Positions 8,723 to 19,400 of a stretch of DNA of 64,000 nucleotides are shown one piece after another. Position 1 is the stretch's first letter. Each line of letters begins with the position of its first letter. Below the pieces are notes generated by a model, which did no database searches, was not told the DNA's origin, and was given only the letters and a program-made list of their open reading frames with translations. Source of the stretch: a virus. Lineage: Duplodnaviria > Caudoviricetes. Made by a program: the position numbers and the translations under genes. The DNA lies in the IMG/VR virus record IMGVR_UViG_3300033121_000264, positions 40,686 through 104,685 of that record; one strand, 5' to 3'.

Positions 8723-11700
8723 TTAGCACTCCGCAGAAATTACAGTTAATTCATCATCCATAAATCCACAAACCATTTTAGTACCAACCGGTATATCATC
8801 TAAGTTATAAAAATCATGAAGTGGAAATTTAATATCTTGGTATTTAAACATATGTTTACCACCTTCTACACCATCATATGTTCCTTTCATTAGTATATAT
8901 GGGCTATCCCACATTTTTATTATAGGATTCCATCTTATATTTAATGGTCCAGTCTTCCATTTGTCTGGTTTTTGCAAAAAATCATCAGCAAAATCAGTAC
9001 GATTTGGTAATGTTGGCAACGTTGGAATACTAGACTCAGCATTTGGTACTGGACATCCATAAAAATCATAACCCCACCCAGTAATAGTAATTGGCCCTTT
9101 CAAACCAATAGCGCGTATATCTTGACTTAATGATGAAATTTGATTTTTAATAGTTTGTAGACCATCACTTGGGATTGTTGTACCATAGGCGTATAATTGA
9201 CCATCAGCATATGATGATTGTGAACCGCCATGAAGACTGTGTGAAAACGGGTCAAAATATTTAGAACTTTTACATTTGTCCTCACCAATACCTCCTTGAT
9301 AAAGCGGTGTTTCATAATGTGGTAATTGTGCGCTAGTATAATACGAAAAAGGAGAGAATAAAGAATCTAAACCACAAATCGCTTGTTTAGTATAATTAGT
9401 GCTATTTAAACTTGCCATTCCTTCTTCCATAGTACCAAAAGATACAGTCACAGCATTATGAGAAGAACCCTCAAAAGATGGATGAGAATAATGAGCGCCA
9501 TAAACAACTAAGTGTGGAGACTTTTGAACAGAGCCAGCCGTACCCTTTTTAGAAAATACATCTGCTCTAGCAGAGAAATATCCAGCAGGAACAGCATTAA
9601 CAGAGCGAGCATTTTGTAAATTATTTCTATAGCTTTCTCTAGCTACTTTAGATAATCTTTGATAACGGTCTGCTCTAGCTTTAGCAAAACCAGCTATTGA
9701 AGCTGTGTATGTTCTTAGTGTATATGATGTGCTAACTCCATTTGGACCAATACTAACGTCTAAACTGGTCACATTAGGTCCACCAGCCACTAACTCATCC
9801 CCAAGGTTGACTATTGGGGCACCAACCAATTCAACTCGACCCATTTCTGCTTCTTGTTGATTGGCAGTAACTCCAGCCATTTGAGCTAAACCGGCATAAT
9901 TCATCCAGGTGTACCCATTATAATTCCAAGGTACTAATTCTTGATTTTGTTCTACTCTAACCTTACCACCAGCGGCCGCTGCCGCCCCTGCTGTTCCATA
10001 CCAAGGTCCATAAGTTCTATTATTGTCTCTTAAAGGCACACACGCTTCTGCTGGTAGTACGGCGGCTGGAGCATAATCAATAGAAAAATAAGCTGTAGCA
10101 TTTGTACCGTTTTCATTAGCAATAGCTTTTGCTTTAGTTTTTTGACCACCTGTACCATTGTCGATTTGAGGATTACCACCAGCCGCTTTTATAATGGCTT
10201 TTAAAATGATTTGTGATGGTCCCCAAACTTCATTACTACCATCTACCCTCATATTAACAGATGATGGCAATGTTATTACAGCCCTAGGGTCATATTTATT
10301 CGAGGCTGTTACATATACTAATTTTTGGTCAATCTGAGCTTTAACATATAGTTTTAAATTACCACTTTCATTATATACTAAAAAATCATCTGGAGACAAA
10401 TTTTTACATTCTAATTGATTAGCGCTATTAAATTTAACAAAGGTAATCCATTTACCATCATCTGTAGTCATAAAATCTTCAAATGCTTCTGGGAAATTCA
10501 GAGGTTTTTGTCCTCCAGCCCACGCTCCAACATCTAAATATCCAGCATCTATTGGTTCATAATTAATTAATTCTCTATTAGTGTCTGGTTCTATAGCTGT
10601 AGCAAACGGTTCTAACAGCGGTAATAAATTTAATCTAACCATAAACTTACGACCATAATATTCTTTAGCTAGAATCTCTATAGCATTAAACAAATTAAAT
10701 ATTTGCTCTTGTTTGTCTGGGTCTTTTGCGAATTCACTAAGACCAACTTTAGTATTAGCTATTGTAGCCGCATTACCTTTACCACTGGTTAATGCTTCAC
10801 TAGTGGCTGAATCTAAATTAATTCTACCCTCTATACCTAATGTTGAAGCTTTAGATGGAAATACAATACCAATATATGTCATCCATGAATCAATACCAGC
10901 GGCCGCTGCTCTTAGTTCTCCAACGCTACATTGATATGTGGCCCCAACACCAGGACAATTAATATGTCTAGAATCAATAGTAAATGAATGAGCATCATTT
11001 ATACCGGTGCCAATAATCGCATTACCATTGGCGTCTACTCCCCAATATGGCCAGATTGTAGCGCTAGCCCCAGTACCATCTAATGTTGTGGTATATATGC
11101 GTTCTTGCTGACCGCCAATTAAAAAGCCGAAGACTTCCTCATTACGTAGTTCTCTACCGTGATTTTTAGCAGATGCTTCTGTTTGACTTTCAATCCAGGC
11201 TGATAAAACTGTTAGGTCTGGAACTACTTTTCTAGACACGCACTTAAATTTAATTATAGGTAAATAACTACTACTACCGCTAGAATGACCAATAGATAGA
11301 GATAAATATGGATAAAAGTCATAACCGGCATCTTGACATAATTGACCAATGGCTTCGCCAAGATTAATAGTATTTCCGCCCATTCGATATGATGGGTCTG
11401 CAACTGGTAATTCAGATACGTCAATTTGATAATATTGGTTTTTAAACTTCATTCTACAGCTAAAATTACCATCTCCACCAGCATTACATAATGTATTTAT
11501 GCCGGTCTTTATTCCAAGGCCAGTGCTTCCATACCAGGGCATTCCTGCTTCATTTATTCTTGAACCACCAAAACCATAGATATATTCATAATATCCATAA
11601 ATATTCATTAAATTAGGCGCACCATATACCCATCCACTATAACCCCCAATTATCAATTGAACATTATTTAATATTTCAGTTGGGCCTACAATATGGACTT

Positions 11701-12016
11701 CGTAGTATCTACCATTAATTTCATTCTTTTTTTCCCAACTTTGTAGAATACCGCTAAATTCAAAGTCTCCAAATTTAAAATAAACTGGGGCACCAATTTC
11801 TGGTGGTGAAAAAGAGTCTGCTGTAGTAGTATCACTAGCCGTAGCTAATGGCGTAATATTATTACCACTGTAACTAGCCCAAACCTTTTTAGTTGTTTCT
11901 GTAGAAGTATCCTCTACTAATGATACACTTAAAGATGTAGCATCACCATTCCAGCCTAACTGGGCACTAAAGTTAGCAATGCTTGCTCCTAGAAATCTTG
12001 TTTGTTCAAACGACAT
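8723..12016 (-). CDS. putative tail-tip/baseplate hub protein
   Basis: 1097 aa, beta-rich composition, second gene after tape measure. Confidence 0.6.
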   Translation of the reverse strand: MSFEQTRFLGASIANFSAQLGWNGDATSLSVSLVEDTSTETTKKVWASYSGNNITPLATASDTTTADSFSPPEIGAPVYFKFGDFEFSGILQSWEKKNEINGRYYEVHIVGPTEILNNVQLIIGGYSGWVYGAPNLMNIYGYYEYIYGFGGSRINEAGMPWYGSTGLGIKTGINTLCNAGGDGNFSCRMKFKNQYYQIDVSELPVADPSYRMGGNTINLGEAIGQLCQDAGYDFYPYLSLSIGHSSGSSSYLPIIKFKCVSRKVVPDLTVLSAWIESQTEASAKNHGRELRNEEVFGFLIGGQQERIYTTTLDGTGASATIWPYWGVDANGNAIIGTGINDAHSFTIDSRHINCPGVGATYQCSVGELRAAAAGIDSWMTYIGIVFPSKASTLGIEGRINLDSATSEALTSGKGNAATIANTKVGLSEFAKDPDKQEQIFNLFNAIEILAKEYYGRKFMVRLNLLPLLEPFATAIEPDTNRELINYEPIDAGYLDVGAWAGGQKPLNFPEAFEDFMTTDDGKWITFVKFNSANQLECKNLSPDDFLVYNESGNLKLYVKAQIDQKLVYVTASNKYDPRAVITLPSSVNMRVDGSNEVWGPSQIILKAIIKAAGGNPQIDNGTGGQKTKAKAIANENGTNATAYFSIDYAPAAVLPAEACVPLRDNNRTYGPWYGTAGAAAAAGGKVRVEQNQELVPWNYNGYTWMNYAGLAQMAGVTANQQEAEMGRVELVGAPIVNLGDELVAGGPNVTSLDVSIGPNGVSTSYTLRTYTASIAGFAKARADRYQRLSKVARESYRNNLQNARSVNAVPAGYFSARADVFSKKGTAGSVQKSPHLVVYGAHYSHPSFEGSSHNAVTVSFGTMEEGMASLNSTNYTKQAICGLDSLFSPFSYYTSAQLPHYETPLYQGGIGEDKCKSSKYFDPFSHSLHGGSQSSYADGQLYAYGTTIPSDGLQTIKNQISSLSQDIRAIGLKGPITITGWGYDFYGCPVPNAESSIPTLPTLPNRTDFADDFLQKPDKWKTGPLNIRWNPIIKMWDSPYILMKGTYDGVEGGKHMFKYQDIKFPLHDFYNLDDIPVGTKMVCGFMDDELTVISAEC

Positions 12017-12054
12017 ATAACTTTCCTTTGGTTATGTTATTATTATATTATAGC

Positions 12055-13470
12055 CTATTGATACGTCCAAGTGAGATTTGCGCTAAATCTACCATTTGAT
12101 GGACTCCAACTGTCATTATGTTCTGTCAAAAATACCTGTGATGTACTTGGTTTTACAGCATTAACTATAGCGGTAATATCTGGTTTATTACTAATATAAT
12201 TAGCATAAGAGCATCCAGTTGGTGGGGCGACAATTGCTTCAATAGATAAACTACGTGTGGTTTCTGAAACTGTACGAATATCCTGTAATACTGGTCCTGC
12301 CGTTCTACCTAATACTGGCATAATAGCAATTACATCTTTAGCATATTGTTCACTAATTGTAATAACTTCACTTAAAGCATTAGCAATACATGTACTTGGT
12401 CTAGTATCATATTCATAATTATAATTAATAGTTCCAATAACTGGATTACGAGTCACCGTTCTAATAGCTGGTATAATATTTAAAGAAGTATTACTATAAT
12501 TTTGTGCTCTAGTTAATAATTGATTTTGAATACTATTCCATGCTCCACTAGCCGCTTGCCACTTAGTTTGAGTTAAAAGAAAACCATTATCTCTAGTTGA
12601 TAGACCTTGAATACTACCATTAATACTAACGCGAGTAATACCATCATCTACACTAGTCTTTGTTTCAACACTAAAATCTTCTGTAGCCCCAGATGTAGCT
12701 AAAATCCAATTTTCACTAACACTAAATGAACCGGCTAGTTCATCAATATTCTGACTACGAATATGGTCAAAAGCCGCAAAACCTCCTAGTCCCATTGGTA
12801 AGTTAGTACCTGATACAGCTTGCCAATCTATTCCTAAACGCGTTAATACCCACCCAGATGCTTCTTGCCAGCCTTGTCTTAAAATTGTGCCACTACTAGT
12901 ATAGTGTAAACGTCCTACTGCACTTACGTTATGCGTTACTCTATAAGTAGCAGGAACAAGTTCATTTTGAGGTTCGGCCATTTCTACGACCCAATCCTCT
13001 TTTGCATCATTTAAGTAATAATCAAAAATGGCTTCTCCTGTTGGAGTCACCGCACAACTAATCTTATCGGCTTCTAAATTAATAGTATAGTCGGCAGTAT
13101 TAAACCATTGACCTTCTGGCACATCAATACTAACAACTCTAGGATTACAAGTCATTGGGGTTGAACCATCTAGAGGTTCAATTGATAATAGTTTACCTTG
13201 TTGACTAAATAATTGACGCAATGCTTGTTGTTTACTAATAAGTGATGCTAGTCTACCATCATGACCTATAATTTCATCATCTGGATAACCAGAACTAGTA
13301 TGCCATGTTCCATTACTAGTTGGACTACCTTTGTCAGCTACGAATTTACCGGTAAGCACAACATTATACGTATTACCTATAATCACATCGCCATTCTTAT
13401 AATATGACTGTGAAATATTAACTAATGGTGCTGGAATTAGATATTTGTTATTATATTTTACTACTCCCAT
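12055..13470 (-). CDS. putative distal tail protein
   Basis: 471 aa, S/T/V-rich, directly after tape measure gene. Confidence 0.55.
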   Translation of the reverse strand: MGVVKYNNKYLIPAPLVNISQSYYKNGDVIIGNTYNVVLTGKFVADKGSPTSNGTWHTSSGYPDDEIIGHDGRLASLISKQQALRQLFSQQGKLLSIEPLDGSTPMTCNPRVVSIDVPEGQWFNTADYTINLEADKISCAVTPTGEAIFDYYLNDAKEDWVVEMAEPQNELVPATYRVTHNVSAVGRLHYTSSGTILRQGWQEASGWVLTRLGIDWQAVSGTNLPMGLGGFAAFDHIRSQNIDELAGSFSVSENWILATSGATEDFSVETKTSVDDGITRVSINGSIQGLSTRDNGFLLTQTKWQAASGAWNSIQNQLLTRAQNYSNTSLNIIPAIRTVTRNPVIGTINYNYEYDTRPSTCIANALSEVITISEQYAKDVIAIMPVLGRTAGPVLQDIRTVSETTRSLSIEAIVAPPTGCSYANYISNKPDITAIVNAVKPSTSQVFLTEHNDSWSPSNGRFSANLTWTYQ

Positions 13471-16400
13471 TATTTATCCTTTTTTTGACCTTTGGTTGTT
13501 GATGGTGTTTGTGGTCCTGGTCCCATTGCCGGTTTTAGTCCTGGAATCACTTTACTTAACTGGTCTGTAATTTGCGCCATAATAGCAGGAGCTAATATAG
13601 CTTCTAATCCTTTAAGAGCTTCTGCTCCTGTAATATTAACTTGAATTGGGTCAAATTTTCCAGCCAAATCAATAGATGATGGAATATATTTTAAAATTTC
13701 TGCTAGAGAAGTTGTACTTTGTTGAAAATCTTTATTGAAAGTTAAGAAATTCTTATTTAATTCTTCTGGTAATTTATTTAATAATGGAGTCAAACCTTGT
13801 AAATAAGTATTATAAGCTGCTTTTCCTGCTCCAATAGATTTTGGCATTAATGAATTTATTGATACACCAGGACGTTCTGTATAATTAGGAGATTCTATAT
13901 TTGGTTTAATTTCTCTTGGTAATTCTGGTCTTCCTATTGGAGACAGTGAATCAATAGGCACAGAATTATAAGGTCTAGTATTTCTATAGATATCAACAGT
14001 TTCTGGATTTGGAATATTTGGCACCACTCTTTGTGATGGTGGGATTACATATTTAGGTAAAGATGGTTTACCAATAGGAGTTAATGGATTTTTAACTTGG
14101 TCTGATAAATCAGCATCTCTAGCAATTTTTTCTATTTCTTTTCTTTTTAAAATTTCTTGATAATTTTGTTCGGCAGCTTGTTGTTTAATCAATTCTGCGT
14201 TTCTATTAGCATTAGCTTCATCAATTTTAGCTTGTTGAGCGCGACTAATTGGTTTACCACTACGAGTAGTACCAACAATATCTGTTGATTTTTCTTCTGC
14301 CGGTAGTGTATTATCTGGCGTTTTTTCTTCTATTGCTTTTAATGGGTCTGTAAGTATTTTTTTCAATTCACCAATTATATCAGGAATTTGAAATTTTGGT
14401 AATGCAAATTTGAATGCAGCAGCTTTACCAGCAGCAACATTAACAATTGGCGCTTTTTGTTTTACATCTCTTTGTGTATTATTAGGAGATTCTAAATTGA
14501 TAACTGGTTCTTGATTTTCTGAAACCAATTTTAACTCTTTAATAGCACCATAAATATCAGTTAGAATTTTATTTGCAATACCAGTGAAACCAGCAATTAG
14601 GTCTGTGCTTGCGCTTTGTTTTTGTTGTTCCCTTTGAGTCTTGTTGTCAAGAGCAGTTTGTTCTGCTGATTTTACAGAAATATCAGCAGCTTTCTTTGTT
14701 TGGTCTGCTTTTTGTCTATCAATATCAGATTGGGCACTAGATTTTGCTGCCGCGTCTTGCGCTTGAGTATTTGTTTTTCTAGCTTCTGCTAAATCAACAT
14801 TTCCAACTTCTTTACTTAATTTAAATAATATTGCTTTAGATTGTGGGTCTAATTCAAGAATTTGAGTAATTTGTGTATCTGTAAAACCTTGTGAACGTAA
14901 ACCTTCTTTCAAAGTTTGTTCAGAAAATTTACTATTATTATCAATAGTGCGAGTAACAAGTTCTTGAACACGTTTATTAAAATACTCATTTCTATCTTGT
15001 GAGCCAATTTCAAAAGCTTTTGCGCTTACAGTATCACCAGTTTGTTTATGAACAAACTCTCCTCCTGGGCCACGTTGAAAATAATCTTCTTTATTGTAAA
15101 GACCTCTTTTTAATGTATCTTCTTTAATCTTATCAATTTCACCTTGTAGTGAAGTTTGGTCAATTAAACCACTAAACTTATTACTTAATGCTGATTGAAT
15201 TTGAGAACCTTGGTCACGTGTTGGGTCTAGCGTTACTCTTTCTTTTGTGGTTCTTAAATTGCGTAGTTTATCTCTAATTTCTTTTTGTTTATCTAATGTA
15301 GCAAATACATCAGCATTTTGAGCTACACGTTCGGCATTAACACCAGTAACAGAAGCGGGGTCAACACCAACACCTTTTAATCTTCTATTAAGGTCTTCTT
15401 TCTTTTGTACAACGCTTAATGACTTATCAGCAATTTCTTGTCTGCTCTTAGTTTCACTTTCAGAACGTCTAGCCTGCGCTTCCGCCATACTTGCTTCAAA
15501 AGTATTACGTAATGATTCAAAACCACCAGTCAAAGTAACATCAAGAGCATCTAATTTTTGAGCTTCTAAATTGGTTAATGCGTTTTGAGCCTTTACCATT
15601 TCTTTTTGTTGTTCAACAATAGCTCTTTGAAGCGTAATTTCTTCTTTATTAGAATTGATTAAAAGTTTTGCATCTTCTTTACCAACAAGAGCGCCAAGTC
15701 TATTTTGTTTAACTTCATTAGCAGATTTTCCACCTAATGTCGCAAGTTTCTTGTCGCCTGCCCCCATTTCAATTACTTGGTCTAAGAATTGTAGAGCTGA
15801 ACCTTCTTGTTCAGATGAGCCAATAGCGTTAGGATTATTAGCAATAACTCTAGCATTTTGAGCACTCTTAGCAAATTCTTTTCTGCCTTCTCTACCACCG
15901 AAAGCTAGATTAGTAGCAGCAGATAGCTGTGTCTTACGTTTGTTTTCGGCAGTAGCTAATTCGGTTTGTAATGCAGTTAAAACTTCTGTGCTAGTAGCTT
16001 GGTCATTTAAAGCCGATAGAAGGTGCTGTAACTCGTTTTCTGTGCCGGCAATACTTTTACTTAATGTTTCAAATTCTTTACTAGCCGGATTTGCTTTGTT
16101 TCTTTGATTTTGTAAATCTAGTATTCTAGCTCTTTTTGAAGAAATAGCATCGGCAATTGCGTCGGAAGACTCTCCACCGTTTAGTCCACCTTTGCGTAAT
16201 CTTCTATTTTGACTAATACTTACAGAACTTCTAGCATCTTTAGAAGAAAGGTCACTATTGAATTTATTTGTTCCAATTAGTCCAGCTTGACGGTTTGCCT
16301 TAAATCTACTGGTAGCAGCACTTATACTAAGGTCTGTTACCTTTTGCTCAATAGTATTACGTTGTTGTAGCATAGCAATTAATGCATTTGCATTATTTTT

Positions 16401-19400
16401 AGCAATTTCCGCCGCACCATTTAATGACTCAAGATATAGGGCAGTTCCTTCTGTTAGGTCTTTAGCAAATTTTTCAGTATTAGAACGAATTTCATCAATA
16501 AACTTGCTATCACCACTATCGTCTGCTAAAAATTCATCTAGCTTTAATTGAATGCTTGATTTTAATTCTTTTGGGAAATCAGCAATACCATCTTCAACTG
16601 CGGCAGCAAAACCAGCTAAAGGAGTTTTATCACCACCAGTATCAGATAGTGGACCAGCTTCTAACGCTTTACGTAATACATCCGGTAATGATTGTGCTGC
16701 ACCCGCTGACGCTCCTAGTCTTTCAGCTAAACCATTTCCACCACCACCAATTAGTTGTGTTAGAGCTTTAGTTAAATCGGCAGGATTAGCTTCTAAACCC
16801 TTACCAATAATTTCACTCATATTAGAATCAAATTGTAGATTCTGAAAATCATTAGCTATAATATTAGCTTTATTTGTGAATTTTTGTAACGCATTAGTAG
16901 AATCATTAAATGCTTTTACTACATTATTTACATATTGAGCGTCTTGATATGTAGCAGCAAGAGAAGCATTAATTTGATTTTGCAAATTAGCGGCTTTGTT
17001 TTGAGATTCAATTGTTTTCTTAAATTGTTCTTCAACTTCTACAATTGGAACATTAGCCAATAAAGAAATAGTTTCAATTAAACTTTTACCAAGACCGTTG
17101 CTAGCAGATTTAAACTCGCCAATACTCTTAACTGAGCTGGCAAGTTTATCAGCGAAGCCTTGAATTCCAGGTAGTTGTCCTTGGGCCTTCGTTAAAGTTT
17201 CTTGTTTTTGTTCTGGTGTTGCATTTAGTACATTACGTTGTAAAGTGTCTATTTGATTTCCGACTGTTACTTTATCAAAACCGCTAACAGTTGTACCTTT
17301 ATTGATTCTTTCTAAAGTTTTATCTAATCTTTCAAATTGCTGACTAATAGCAATACTTTTCATTTGTTCAGTAGCTTCTTTTGTGGCATTAGTAAATCCT
17401 GTAATACCACCAATAGCTCCACCGATAACTGCTCCACCTAATGTTCCTAACGGACCTAAGAATGAACCAACAGCAGCACCCATAGCAGCGCCAGAACCAG
17501 CGCCGCCTAATAATCCACCATAACCGGCATTTGTTACATCTTTTTGTGTGCCTTTACCAGCTTGGATATTTGCAAACGCTGGTTTAGAAAATTTACTCTC
17601 TCCAACAACGGATGCTACGATACCTAGTCCAGCACCAATACCGCCAGCACCCTCTGCTACCCTACCTAATTTTGCTTGACGCAATTGAGCCTGTCTTAAT
17701 GGGGCGCGTTTATTAGTATTTCGTTTTGTACGTTGTGCTTGACGGGTAAATGCACCCAAAGTATCTGGTGTTGGATTAGCCTTATAATCTTCATATCTGG
17801 TTTTTAATCTAGCAAAACTACGATTAGTCGAGCCAGATAATTTAGATTGAATTTTATTAACCTTTTCAGTGTTTTCTTTAAATCCACCTAGACTCTTACC
17901 TGCTGCACCAGCAATTCCAGCCATTACTGTAAACTGAGTAATAGCTGTTGACATTTCTTCACTTAATCCACCGAACATAGATGTAATTTGAGGAAGAACA
18001 AATAATAATGGAGTTAATTTACTTAGGTCTGCTCCACCGCCACCAGTAGCAACCTTGCCACCACCAGCAAATTTACGTACTACGCCACCCTTAGCATATT
18101 TTTGTACACGCATAGCGTCTAGATTATTATAACCTACACGTTGTGCAGTACCTTTATCTAATACATATTCACCTGGGGTAAGTAGGGCTGGAACTGTGTC
18201 TGTGCCAACACCTGTAATATCACCACCTTCTGCCTTCTTTTGCGGTGGTTTATATTGTGTTCTATTACGAGTAGCATGAAATGCTTGCGCCGGAGTGAAT
18301 TTTAGTTTAACTAAATCTTTATTATGTTGGGCACTAGTTTTAGAATCATTATCTGGATTAGTAAGATAATCTCGTCGTATAGCTGTTAAAACTGTGTTTT
18401 TCACCTTTTTCGCAACACTTTTTTCCTGACCAGTAACGGTGCGTTTAGCATCAGTTGGAACATTACCTAAGGATGCATCATCATAAACTTTTTCAGTAAA
18501 ATTGGCTCCAAGTCCACCAACAAAATCAAAAGCGTCCGTTGAAACATTTTTAGTGAATGGAGCGCCAGCAGTATTTAATGCCGCTTCAAACAAATTCCCA
18601 CTCATTTGTTCAAAATTAAATTTTCGTATATCTTTAGCTGACAATGGGTGTGATACTATACCCATAGTATCTAAAACGCGTTTACCTTCATTATTAGCAA
18701 TATCTTTTAATCTATGAGCTATATTATTCTCAAATCTTTTACCATGTGGAGCTTTAATTGTTCCAGTATATAAAGTATATTCTAATTGTCCTCTTGCATT
18801 TAGACCATAAGCATCTTTTTGTGCTTGACTTAAATTTGAAATTGGTAAAGATAGTTGTCCTTTTTTTGGTTTAACGTCCTTTTTATTTGGTAATAAACCA
18901 ACAAGAGCAAAACGTCTATCTATAGACGCGGCTTTAATTGCAGAATGAGATAGCTCATCACCAATTTTTTTATTAATACCTTTATTTAATGCTCTTTCTT
19001 CTTTTTCTTTTGCTGATAATTTACTAACACCTTTTTCGCTACCTTTACCATATTTACGTACAGTGCCACCTTTATGTAAAGCTGCAATATTTCCAGCCCC
19101 ATAAGCCTGTACAGCGCTAGTAGGTAATACATATTCTCCAGGAGTTAAAAGAGCAGGAACAGTATCTCTGTTACCAAATCCTGGTACTAAACCTCCTCTA
19201 GCGAACTTGCGTGGAACCTGTCTAGCAATACCACCAGGCCCAATTATAGTTTTAGTTGTTGCGGCTATACTAGCTTTTAATGCGCTAGATAAATTATTAA
19301 TTTGTGTAGCTAAATTATTAAGAGCTGTAGTATTAGCACTAATAGCCCCACTTTGATTAGCATTGGCCGTAGCAGCGCTAGCTTGTACAGTATTCAATTT

